64,000 nucleotides of DNA from a virus. Position 1 is the stretch's first letter. Every line of letters begins with the position of its first letter. The translations under genes were made by a program, and so were the position numbers. The stretch covers positions 1 to 64,000 of the IMG/VR virus record IMGVR_UViG_3300031772_004865; one strand, 5' to 3'. The notes under the pieces were generated by a model, which did not search any database, was not told the DNA's origin, and saw only the letters and a list, made by a program, of their open reading frames with translations. Shown here piece after piece: positions 10,278 through 20,200 of this stretch.

Positions 10278-10278
10278 T

Positions 10279-10476
10279 TTAAAATAACCAAGATTTGTGA
10301 ATTAAATTATAAAGATTAGTTACTAATTGATGAATTTCTTTCATTTCAATACTAAATTTTAGTGATAAATCATAAATTTTATAAGCTGCGCCTATCATAC
10401 AAAAGGTTAAAATAACCATACTTATTCTTTGAATAATACCTATTATATAATATGTTTTTTGTAATTTTTCATTCAT
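10279..10476 (-). CDS. Small membrane protein
   Basis: One TM segment. Confidence 0.5.
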   Translation of the reverse strand: MNEKLQKTYYIIGIIQRISMVILTFCMIGAAYKIYDLSLKFSIEMKEIHQLVTNLYNLIHKSWLF

Positions 10477-10477
10477 C

Positions 10478-10714
10478 TTAGGGAACCTCTAAATTTTCTA
10501 AAAAGTATAAAGTTCCTTCTTTACTTATTATTAAAATATCCAAATCCCCATCTCCGTCATAATCAATCACTACAGGATAATTAAAAGAATAATTAAATCC
10601 AGGAACTAAATCTTTTAGTATATGTAATCTAAACTTTGGTGTTTTAGCACTTACAGATACTGGAAGTACTAACAAAATACTAATAAATATTAAAAATAAT
10701 ATTAATTTTTTCAT
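10478..10714 (-). CDS. Small secreted protein with FG-GAP/DxDxDGDxD Ca-binding motif
   Basis: Signal peptide; DYDGDGDLDILI...YFLEN. Confidence 0.6.
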   Translation of the reverse strand: MKKLILFLIFISILLVLPVSVSAKTPKFRLHILKDLVPGFNYSFNYPVVIDYDGDGDLDILIISKEGTLYFLENLEVP

Positions 10715-10857
10715 TTTATTATCCTAGATATCCACAATCTAAGCAAATATTATAAGTACATGCTTTTGGTGGGGCTCCATAATAACGAGTAACTTCTCGC
10801 CATCTGTGATTTAGTAAGAAACAATGAATTATTATTTTCCATTTTGCTAGTAAAAAT

Positions 10858-12321
10858 TTATCTAACATTACTCTCTCCATTTTTGCGTTCTACATTAATA
10901 TAATTTATTTCTTCCAAATCTTGTGGTACATTTTGATAAATTAGGCAAACTTGATAAGGCAATCCTTTTAAAATTTCTATAAGTTTAATTAAATTTATTT
11001 TATCTATAGAATTGATTCCTTCATCTATAAGAATAAGTCCTTCATTTATTCCTTCTTGTAATAGAATACCTAATTTAAAAATCACCCCAAGAAAAGTTTT
11101 CTGTCCATTACTTAATTGAGAATAATTAAGTTCCTGTCCATTATTATTGATTTTAATGAAATCTTTTTCTATACTAAATTCAATTGTCAAATTAAGTTCT
11201 TTTAATAAATCATTTATTATAATTGATAAATTTTGAAGCCATTCCTGTATGTAATAAGCAGAAAAGGAATCCAATACTTTAACTGAATCGGTGTAAAGTT
11301 GTACATCTTTAAGTGTATACTTATAGGCACTAAATTTTTGTGCTTCTTTTAATTTCATTAAATTTTCTTTTATTTTTTGTACATGTTTTTGTGTAGATTC
11401 ATACATAGCATTGTAGTTCTGCATACAATCTTCTTCATTAGTAATTAGGTTATTTATTTCTTTTATTTCAGATTCTATAATTTCTATTTCTTTTGCTTTA
11501 GCAGTTTCTACAGAAGTTAAATTATCTTTTAATTCATGACAAGTTCTTCCTAAAATAGGGCACAATCCTTTATTCAACTTTTTAATATCTTGATTTTTAA
11601 AATAAATTATTTTCTCTCTGGAAGAAATTTCACTTTTATAGTTACCGATTATTTTAGATTGTTCTTCACAATCCGCCTTTGCGGTATTTAAAGCTTCTTG
11701 CGCTTTTCTTAATCCCATTTCCAAAATCATTAGTCTTTTTTCTGATAAATTAAAAGAATAAAGACGTTTATTTACATTGTAAGTTTCTCGTTCTAGTTTT
11801 TTAGCTAAAAGAGACTGTCTTATTTTATTAAACTGGTCTGCAAAGAATTCCATTAATGCCTTACGAAGTGAAATAGTACCTAAATCCAAAAGATTAATAC
11901 CTTTCTTTTGGTCGATTAAATTATAAGTTCTAAAATGTTGAAAATCACAACCAAATAATTCATTAAGATGCTTTTGAGCAATTGTAGGATTATTAAATTG
12001 AACTTCAACTTCATTTTTATAAATTTTTAAAACATTGGGTATTGCTCTATAAATTCTATAATGTTCATTATTTAGTGAACATTCTATAATGACTGAACAT
12101 TCTTTTGTTCCTATTTTAATAAGGTCTTTTAAATTAATATCTCCGACTTCTCCAAATAATCCAAATAACAATGCTGATAAAATTGTAGTTTTCCCTGAAC
12201 CGTTGCCTGAAGAAGCAATATCATCATAATTAATTCCTGTAATTAAATTTATCTTATCAAAAATAATGGTTTGGTCTAAAAATAATTGGAAATTTTTAAG
12301 AATCAGTTTATTTATTTGCAT
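10858..12321 (-). CDS. sbcC: SbcC/Rad50 (gp46-like) SMC ATPase
   Basis: NGSGKT, coiled coil with CPILGRTC hook, LSNGQ, LIDEG. Confidence 0.88.
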   Translation of the reverse strand: MQINKLILKNFQLFLDQTIIFDKINLITGINYDDIASSGNGSGKTTILSALLFGLFGEVGDINLKDLIKIGTKECSVIIECSLNNEHYRIYRAIPNVLKIYKNEVEVQFNNPTIAQKHLNELFGCDFQHFRTYNLIDQKKGINLLDLGTISLRKALMEFFADQFNKIRQSLLAKKLERETYNVNKRLYSFNLSEKRLMILEMGLRKAQEALNTAKADCEEQSKIIGNYKSEISSREKIIYFKNQDIKKLNKGLCPILGRTCHELKDNLTSVETAKAKEIEIIESEIKEINNLITNEEDCMQNYNAMYESTQKHVQKIKENLMKLKEAQKFSAYKYTLKDVQLYTDSVKVLDSFSAYYIQEWLQNLSIIINDLLKELNLTIEFSIEKDFIKINNNGQELNYSQLSNGQKTFLGVIFKLGILLQEGINEGLILIDEGINSIDKINLIKLIEILKGLPYQVCLIYQNVPQDLEEINYINVERKNGESNVR

Positions 12322-12590
12322 TTTTTTAATTCCTTACTCAAAAATTTTAAATAAGTAGTACTTAAATTGGTTATTAAAGCCATTAGTTCTTCCAACATGA
12401 TGTCAGTAGTATTTTTATTTTCTTTTTCAATTATACAATACCTATACTTATCGCATTTAGGAGAAGTCTTTTTAATTAATCCTGCACAAAAAATAACTCC
12501 ATTCTTAAATACTGCTTTAGAAGTACAAACACAATTCTTACAGGAGAAGTGTTTTTTCTTATTTAATTTCATCTTTTCCTTTTTCATCAT
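12312..12590 (-). CDS. Cys-rich hypothetical protein
   Basis: ORF between RNA ligase and sbcC. Confidence 0.5.
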   Translation of the reverse strand: MMKKEKMKLNKKKHFSCKNCVCTSKAVFKNGVIFCAGLIKKTSPKCDKYRYCIIEKENKNTTDIMLEELMALITNLSTTYLKFLSKELKKCK

Positions 12591-13230
12591 TTAAAATGGT
12601 CTTTTTAAAATAACAATTTCCTGCTTTATGATAAATTACTATTCCTTCTGGATTCATAAATCCAGGAGATGCTTTGCTTCCTGTAATTCTTAATTCATCT
12701 AATATACTACTTATAATAGAAGTATTAAACATTCCTTCATAAAGAATAGGTACAACAGAACAACAGTCAGGACAAAATTCTTCTTTTTCTTTTAAACAAT
12801 CAAAAGAAATGGGATTAACTTCATCTTGTTTTATCCATCTTTTAGTATTAAATAAAGAAAATCTTTTTTCTAATAATCCATAACCTCGTTGTATTCCTTT
12901 ACCCCAAAACTCTCCATAATGATAACCTTTACCTAATTTTAATAATTCTTCCTTATTTTCCATAACCCAATGCCAAAATCCATGATTATCAGTATGTTCA
13001 TCTAACCATCTATTTCGAGAACCAGCATAAATATTATTGTTTTCATTAATGTAAACTAATCCATTAGTTCCATCAATTTTTTCTGTAATAATAATATCTC
13101 TCGAAAGTCTTGCAATTTTAGAAAAAGTTTTAAATTCTGGAGAACATGTAGGGCATAACTCTTCATCAGTTGGTACTCCTTCTGCTTCCCATTCAGTTTT
13201 ACATTGATAACATACGTGATTTAATTTCAT
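12559..13230 (-). CDS. RNA ligase, Rnl2-like adenylyltransferase domain
   Basis: TEKIDGTN motif I, GEFWG, FSLFN, EGIV, terminal KK. Confidence 0.8.
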   Translation of the reverse strand: MKLNHVCYQCKTEWEAEGVPTDEELCPTCSPEFKTFSKIARLSRDIIITEKIDGTNGLVYINENNNIYAGSRNRWLDEHTDNHGFWHWVMENKEELLKLGKGYHYGEFWGKGIQRGYGLLEKRFSLFNTKRWIKQDEVNPISFDCLKEKEEFCPDCCSVVPILYEGMFNTSIISSILDELRITGSKASPGFMNPEGIVIYHKAGNCYFKKTILNDEKGKDEIK

Positions 13231-13475
13231 TTTAATCCTCCAATATACCTTTTACCACATTGATTACATTTTAAAATGGCAAGATTTATTCCATAATAAG
13301 TATCTTTTATTTTTCCTCCACAAAAACAATTCTTTCGGTCTACATTTTTATAATAACTTTCTTTTAATATATCTGCTTTTGTTATACCTAAATCATAAAC
13401 AATTCCATTTGAAAATTTCATACGAATTGGAAACAGTCCTAAAATTGTCAATAATAATTTTCTAATTGAGTTCAT
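13227..13475 (-). CDS. Zn-ribbon hypothetical protein
   Basis: CFCGG...CNQCG. Confidence 0.5.
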   Translation of the reverse strand: MNSIRKLLLTILGLFPIRMKFSNGIVYDLGITKADILKESYYKNVDRKNCFCGGKIKDTYYGINLAILKCNQCGKRYIGGLK

Positions 13476-14472
13476 TTAATAATACCTCCTTAATTTTCTC
13501 ATCTACTTTATTTTTTCCTAACCAATTAATTAACGATTCTTTTAATGTTATGTTTTCGGATTTAACCACAACTAAATTATTTAAAATTATAAATTCTTTT
13601 TTCTCCCTAAATAAAACAAATTTATCCTGATACTTCTGATAATAAGGAAGGAAATTACGATAATTTTCATAATCTTTAAATACTATACGAACCTTAGTTT
13701 TAGCAGGTAATTGGTCTAATTTAGTTAAAAGGTCGGATAAGACTAAATTTGAAGGGGAATTTGCCTTGTTTTGGCTTGTTTTAGGCATGTTCTCGGCAGA
13801 AAGGTCATTTGCTATGACCTGATTTTGACTATTTTGAGGTAAAAGAAGAATTTCTTTATCTAAGTTGAATGAAATCATAGGGATAGGACTATTTAAGTCT
13901 ATAAATCTCCATTCAGGGCGGTCAGTTTCATAACCTAAGCAAACTCCTACTTTTTTAGGAATATCTAAGTCATCTTTAAAATCAACATATCTTATACTTC
14001 CTAATTGGCAAACAGAGGAATTATTAATTATTTCATGATTATGTCCATGACCTAAAATTACATATCTATATTGTTTTAAAGTTTGGGAATCTATAGTTCC
14101 TCCATAATTTTTAGAAGATTGATTAACAATGAAGTGTCCTACAAATAATTTATTTCCATCGTGGTATTCCTTTACCACATTTATGGTATCTTTGAGAATC
14201 CCAAAGTGATTTATAATACTTTCTGAATTTGTCGTACTCTCATGGCTATTGGCTGCAAGTAAGACAGTAGGTAGGTTTATTTTTTTGAGGAAAGTAGAAA
14301 GACAATCTAATTCTTTTGAGGTAGGAATAATTTTATCAAAGGAATCTCCAGCAATAACTAATTTATTGATACAATATTTATCTTTAATTATTAGTAATTC
14401 ATCAAAAATAGAATTAATTTCTTCAAGGTCGGACTCAATTATATGGAAATCAGAACAAAACATTAAATTCAT
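13462..14472 (-). CDS. sbcD: SbcD/Mre11 (gp47-like) nuclease
   Basis: SDFH, AGD.FD, NSHE, GH, LGHGH, GS; near sbcC. Confidence 0.82.
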   Translation of the reverse strand: MNLMFCSDFHIIESDLEEINSIFDELLIIKDKYCINKLVIAGDSFDKIIPTSKELDCLSTFLKKINLPTVLLAANSHESTTNSESIINHFGILKDTINVVKEYHDGNKLFVGHFIVNQSSKNYGGTIDSQTLKQYRYVILGHGHNHEIINNSSVCQLGSIRYVDFKDDLDIPKKVGVCLGYETDRPEWRFIDLNSPIPMISFNLDKEILLLPQNSQNQVIANDLSAENMPKTSQNKANSPSNLVLSDLLTKLDQLPAKTKVRIVFKDYENYRNFLPYYQKYQDKFVLFREKKEFIILNNLVVVKSENITLKESLINWLGKNKVDEKIKEVLLNELN

Positions 14473-14837
14473 TAAAGTCTTCTCCTTATTCGATTAGGTA
14501 ATACAGAATTTATAAAATATAACATTATGTTAGGTCTTTTGAAATTAAAACATCCTCTCATTTTATAAGGATAAAACCAATAGATTTCCCAAAATAAATG
14601 AAACATACAAATCAATGCTAAAATTGCTGAACTTATAATAAATAAATCATAAATAATAATTCCATAACTTAATCTCACAAAATCATTTAATAAAGCCAGA
14701 TTAATAAATTTACGAGACATTGATTTAGCAGTTTTTGCTTTTTTAATTTTAGCTGCTTGGATACTATATTTTAAAGCATCTCCAATAGAAGTTAATACTA
14801 ACAATCCACCTATTATATCTTTAATTAGTAGATTCAT
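14472..14837 (-). CDS. PQ-loop/SemiSWEET-like small membrane protein
   Basis: Three TM helices, Q..KI.K.K.AKSMS pattern. Confidence 0.55.
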   Translation of the reverse strand: MNLLIKDIIGGLLVLTSIGDALKYSIQAAKIKKAKTAKSMSRKFINLALLNDFVRLSYGIIIYDLFIISSAILALICMFHLFWEIYWFYPYKMRGCFNFKRPNIMLYFINSVLPNRIRRRL

Positions 14838-15048
14838 CTTTTCCTCTTTTTAGTCCAGGAATCCAATTATTAAAATCACATACCAAATAAAAATGCCCAT
14901 CCTCATCTTCTTTTTGCCTATAGAAGATACAAGATGGACAATTATCATTCCATTCTGGATTTACATTTATTTTAAATTTTTCACACCAAATCATCATTAT
15001 TTTTACCTCTTTGGGATGGGGAGATTTTTTTCTACCCCATCATTATAA

Positions 15049-15249
15049 CTATTTAGTTTCAGGTTTGCGTTCTGCTTTTGCTTTTCTAATAGCAACTTTA
15101 TCTGTTTCGCAAAGTAATTGATTGCTACGCATCGTGGAAAGGAATTTCACTACTACTTTTAATGCTTTAACAACCGATTTTGCACCTGCATCTGTAGCTT
15201 CAGCCTCAATTACTTCTAAATCTTTTAAGGCACCTTCAACTGTTATCAC
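15049..15249 (-). CDS. Hypothetical protein
   Basis: GTG start with AGGAGG RBS. Confidence 0.65.
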   Translation of the reverse strand: MITVEGALKDLEVIEAEATDAGAKSVVKALKVVVKFLSTMRSNQLLCETDKVAIRKAKAERKPETK

Positions 15250-15391
15250 GTTTGTATCCTCCTTTTTCCAGAATTCTTTATTTCTTAGTTACATTTAAAT
15301 AAACATAAGCTGCCAATCCTCCTATTACGATACCAACTATTACTCCAACTACTACTCCTAAATTAAACATTTGCATTACCTCCTTTCTTAA

Positions 15392-15589
15392 TTATTTTTT
15401 TCTCCTACTTTCTTTTTGTGCTAATCGTTTTTTTGTACTTGGTTTAACATAATATCTTCTCTCTTTTACTTCTCGTATTATTTCTTCTGATTCTCTTTTG
15501 AATTTTTTAAGCATATTTTCAAAGTTAGAATTGATTGGAATATTTTCTGGTAATTGAATCGGTTTTTTAAATTCTTTATTCTCTTCCAT
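15392..15589 (-). CDS. rpsU: Ribosomal protein bS21 homolog
   Basis: FENMLKKFKRE...IIREVKERRYYVKPSTKKR signature. Confidence 0.85.
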   Translation of the reverse strand: MEENKEFKKPIQLPENIPINSNFENMLKKFKRESEEIIREVKERRYYVKPSTKKRLAQKESRRKK

Positions 15590-15591
15590 TG

Positions 15592-16170
15592 TTACTCCTT
15601 TTTGAGTCCAGCAAAAGCTAATAATAAAGCATCTGCAATATTGTCATCAATAATTTTCTCTTCTACTACATTACTTATCCATCTCATTATTTCTTTTTTC
15701 TTATCTTTAGGTTTTGTACCCTTTCCTAAATGAGATTGAAATCCTACTAATTTACGTGCTGTAATAGGAAAGATTATTTTTCTTTCATTAAATCTATCAT
15801 ACAATTCGGCATAAGCAATTCCCTGTAATGCTCTCAAAAATCCAAAAGTAACTACATTCATCTTTAAAAATGAATTCTCTAATACTAATAACATCGTTAC
15901 TCCTTCGGGATTTGATAATTGTGTTTTTACCTCTTTTCTGATTAACTTTAAAAATGATTCTAAATGAGCATCGTATTTTTCATTTTTATCTTCTAAATCT
16001 TTTGGTAATGTAGGTAATTGTATTATAAATGTTTTTATCCATAATTTCTTTTTAAAAATAGAAATCATTGCGATTCCAGATTTAGTAGCAGTATCAATAG
16101 CAAGACAAAATATATTATCCTGAAGTTTAAATCCAAGATTCTTTTCAAGTTTCTTTAATGATTTAATCAT
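15592..16170 (-). CDS. RuvC-like Holliday junction resolvase
   Basis: LAIDTATKSG, VLEN, DNIADA acidic triad. Confidence 0.75.
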   Translation of the reverse strand: MIKSLKKLEKNLGFKLQDNIFCLAIDTATKSGIAMISIFKKKLWIKTFIIQLPTLPKDLEDKNEKYDAHLESFLKLIRKEVKTQLSNPEGVTMLLVLENSFLKMNVVTFGFLRALQGIAYAELYDRFNERKIIFPITARKLVGFQSHLGKGTKPKDKKKEIMRWISNVVEEKIIDDNIADALLLAFAGLKKE

Positions 16171-16360
16171 TTTCTATTTGATTTAAAAATCTTTCTATTA
16201 ATTGTAATTTATTTCCTATTTCTATTAAAATATAACATAAATATCCATTAATTGTATATGTATCTTTTTCCCAAGAATCCCAAATTTTTACTTCTATTGT
16301 ATAATTATTTTGTGCCATCTATCTTCCTTCTCTCTTTTGGATTTAATATTCATTTTTTTA

Positions 16361-17200
16361 TTATTGTGCTTTTCCTTTTTTGTTTATATTTAATCCTTTA
16401 ATTTCGTAAGAAGCATCATAATTAATATTATCTCCTTTTGGATAGGGCAATATTTTCCATTTAAGTGCTGCTCTCATTTCTTTCTTTTGTTTATAATTGC
16501 CAAGAAACATCAAATATCGGTGTTTTGGTGTAACTTTTATCGGTTCATAACCATTTTTTATAGCATTTTCTATACTTCCAGTACCTAATCTATTAAATAT
16601 TACTTTCCTATGATACATTTTTCCATCTTTTCTAAATTCAATATCCCCACAACCCATTCCAGTATATAACCAATTAAGTGCCTGATAAATATAACCATGA
16701 TGTCCTTGTCCACTATCAGAATAAGAAATAACTGTTATTGGTTGGGGCAATAACTTTAAACAAGAACTAACAAAAAAAGACAAAGTGTTTTTTGGTAATA
16801 ATTCGTTTACAATTAATCGGTTAAGTTCTATACACCGATAATTTCCTAGTAAATTATTTAAAGAATTATTTGCACTCATTCCAAAGGTACAAACTCCTTG
16901 CAAAATATTATTTTTATTATAAAGACCATAAGAATAAATGATAATAGCAGGAATTCTATGTGCATAGTGTTTATTTAAAAACCACTCATAAGTTAATTTC
17001 TTATCAATATTTTTAACAGAAAAATCTAATTTATTAAAATCATATACTTCTTCTTTACGTTCTTTTTTAATTGGAGCGGAGTTAGCGACTTGCACGCTAC
17101 TCTCGGAACTGGAAGTTCCGCATGTCTTTTTCGACACTTCCCCTGCGAATTTAGTTTTAAGTTTTAATAATTCTTCATCACTTAATTTAGATAAATCCAT
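16361..17200 (-). CDS. Mom-like (GNAT-fold) DNA modification enzyme whose N-terminal extension overlaps a tRNA-like element
   Basis: KHYAHR, GVCTFG, ELNRL, ISYSDSGQGHHGYIYQALNWLYTG, PKHRY, LPYPKGDN; ATG overlaps polB stop. Confidence 0.85.
   Translation of the reverse strand: MDLSKLSDEELLKLKTKFAGEVSKKTCGTSSSESSVQVANSAPIKKERKEEVYDFNKLDFSVKNIDKKLTYEWFLNKHYAHRIPAIIIYSYGLYNKNNILQGVCTFGMSANNSLNNLLGNYRCIELNRLIVNELLPKNTLSFFVSSCLKLLPQPITVISYSDSGQGHHGYIYQALNWLYTGMGCGDIEFRKDGKMYHRKVIFNRLGTGSIENAIKNGYEPIKVTPKHRYLMFLGNYKQKKEMRAALKWKILPYPKGDNINYDASYEIKGLNINKKGKAQ
17072..17146 (-). tRNA. Non-canonical tRNA-Gly(UCC)-like cloverleaf nested in the Mom-like CDS
   Basis: GCAGGGG AA GTGT-CGAAAAAG-ACAT G CGGAA-CT TCC AG-TTCCG AGAG TAGCG-TGCAAGT-CGCTA ACTCCGC T CCA; 75 nt, perfect anticodon and T stems, U73, CCA. 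Confidence 0.85.
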
Positions 17201-20200
17201 TAAATTAATCCTCTTCTTTTAAGTTCTTCATTAATTTCTTTTTCGGTAAGATTATCCTGTTTCTTTGTTTTCTTTACTTTAATTTCTTTAATCAATCCCA
17301 AATCCCAGCCTAATGCTTCAAAAATATTCTCACACTTTCCTATAATAGTCTTATCTATCATTTTCTTCCAATTTATATTTTTTACATGGTCAAATTGTTC
17401 TTCGTTATACGCAAGTACATTTTTATCTATTTCTTTTTCACTTGACTTTTCTTCTTTTTCTCCAGTATCTTTATTCTTCATACTTCTTGTTGCTCTACGA
17501 ATTGCTTTTCCAAAAGGTTCTACATACAAATAATAAAATGTATCTCCTGCAACTTTATTAAATCCACATAATTCTTTTGAATATTCTAATGCTCTGGTAA
17601 AAATAGGAGGAGATTTATAAACTGTAGTATTACTTATTTTACAAGGGAATCCAATTTCTGTAATAGATACGGTCTTAATCGCTTCTTTTTGTGAAACGAT
17701 AAATTCTACAATCGCCTCTTGTGATTCATTATCGAGTATTTTATCTATTAATTTAGTTTGAAATTCTTGCATAAATTTACTGCTATCTTTTCTTTTTGCC
17801 TCAATTCCTTTTACTTCTATCTTTAATTTATTATCTTTGGTTCTTAATCTTCCTTTATAATGACAAAGTGCTACAATCAAAATCTGTTCATATTTCCCTT
17901 CATAATCGAATTCAATTCCTGTTTTTTCTTTATTATATTTTTCTTTTGCCCATTGTTGAACTAATTGATTACATAATTCTAAAGGATTTTCTTTTGCTAT
18001 TACCATAACTGAATCGGTATCCAAATAAATTACTTTTACACTACGCTTTCCTAATTCAATTTCAATGTAGTGTAACAAATCTCTAACTATTGAAGTAATC
18101 GCACTTGCTATATTTACATTATAAAGTCTAAAAACTTTTAATGCAGTTACTCCAAATAATGAATTCACTAATGCTTTTACTGCATCGTATTTCATTTGGA
18201 GGTCTTTTGCTTCAGGAGTTTCGGGGTCTAATGATTTAAGTTGTTTCTTTAAATAATCTTTTTTGATTATTAACTTCCTGGCTAATGTAGGTAATAAAGC
18301 ATTTGAATTTTGTTTAAAATAAACAGGATACTTTACTTCATTAGTTTCTCGGTCAGTAATATCGATTTTCAATTCATTTTTATTAATGGTTAAATTAGCA
18401 ATATCTAAACAAAAATCTATAATCGCCATTGGATAGGCAGAATTTCCAGAAATAAATACTTTCCCTTTTCTTCTCATAATTACAAAACCATTTTTAACGG
18501 TTGGACACCATACTATACCAGAATATAATACTTTCTTTTTTTGCGGAGAATATAAATTAGTATAATGTTCATTATTAAAATAAACATTTTTTCTTCCATC
18601 TTCTTGGGTAGAATATCCTAATAATACTAATAAATATTGAAATCTATCTCTTGCTAATTTATCTTTAGCATTGTAATTATTTTTGTTCTTATCTCCATCA
18701 CCTTTCATTAATTCTTTAAATAAAATATTTAATTGTCTAGTAGATAGTTCTTTTAACATCCATAAGGGAATAACTTTATAATTATCTTCTAACTGGATGT
18801 AAGTTGAATAAAGCCATTTTAAATTCCAATCTAACTCTCCTTTTCTAATTCCTTTTCTATCATATTTAGAAACATTCCATTTCAATTGTTTAAATAATAA
18901 ATCTATTTCCTTACAAAATACTGGATTGGCTTTAGAACTTTGACTAATATGATAAATATTACTTTTTACTCTACTATTGCCAAGTTCATTGTGTCCTTCT
19001 GTAATTATCCAAGCATGGATTTTTAATAATTCATCGGAAATAGGATAGTCTTTATTTCTTTTAAAGTTTGCAGAAAGAGGTAAAATAGTATGATATGTAT
19101 GAAAATCTTTAGCAAATGCGATTTGCCAAGAATCTTTTTTAGCTTTTTTATGATTATTATTAACAGTATATTTGTATAGAACTTTATGATTCCAAGTTAA
19201 TAATTGTTTAGTTTTACTATTTTCTAAACTATACATTTCCAAAATTTTAACTTTTTTAATATTTAAATATAGCATTTGTTGAAATTCAATTAAATTTCTT
19301 TCTACACTAAAGGTTGCTAATTCTTCTTTTTCTTGTAACTCATTATATTTTTTCCATCCATCTATAGAAAGAATTTCTGTATCTTCAGAATAGCATCCTA
19401 AATCAAGTTTATATAAATTTTCAAATCTTCCAGTATCACATTTTCTATAGGCTCCTTCGAACTCAATTTCTTCAATAAAATCTTCTCCATAATGTTTGGA
19501 AGGAAGTACTATTCCTTTTGATTTAGCTTCTGATAATAACATCATATCTAATACTTTCGAATTCCAAACAATATCTTCCCAAAGACATTTTCCCATTCTA
19601 CGAATTTCATCATAATAAGGGATAATCTTTTTTTCTTTCTCAATTCCAACCATTTTCTTGATGTCTTCTATGTTCTTCTCTTTTATTTCTTCAGTAATTT
19701 GACTAAAATCTGCTTTTTTATTTAAAGGAGTATTTAAGTATTTATGAGCAATAGAATCCAAAGCATAAGATACTTCTCCTTTATAAATTTTCTTAAATAA
19801 ATCCAAATAATCTAATATACTTATTCCTGTAGGATAAGGAATCTCGTCTTCTTTCCTACCGTATCTCATCTTACTTATTGGAGAAATTAATTCTGCTAAT
19901 TCTAAATTCCATAATCTTTTTATCCGAGCAGCCAAATAAGGATAATCAAATTGGACAAAATTCCAACCTAAAATAAGGTCGGGTTGAGTATCTTTAATAT
20001 AACGAATTGCATTTTTTAATAAATCATCTTCAGCCATTTCTAATTTATCTTGTTTGTAATCCAATTTTTCAAATATTAAATCTTCAAGATAATCTTTAAT
20101 AAACCAATTTCGGATGGTTTTTTCTAATGAATTATAAATAGAAATTGAAGTAATTGTTTTATCGGGATTAAGATAAGAAGGCAATTCTTTTGTTTGAATT

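Noticed and set aside
10277-10480. Second tRNA-Gly beside the other Mom-like gene
   Set aside because: No cloverleaf, GC island or CCA-ended stem is visible.
15015-15041. Hairpin GATGGGG/CCCCATC as a terminator
   Set aside because: No U-tract on the coding strand; more likely an mRNA stability or processing hairpin.
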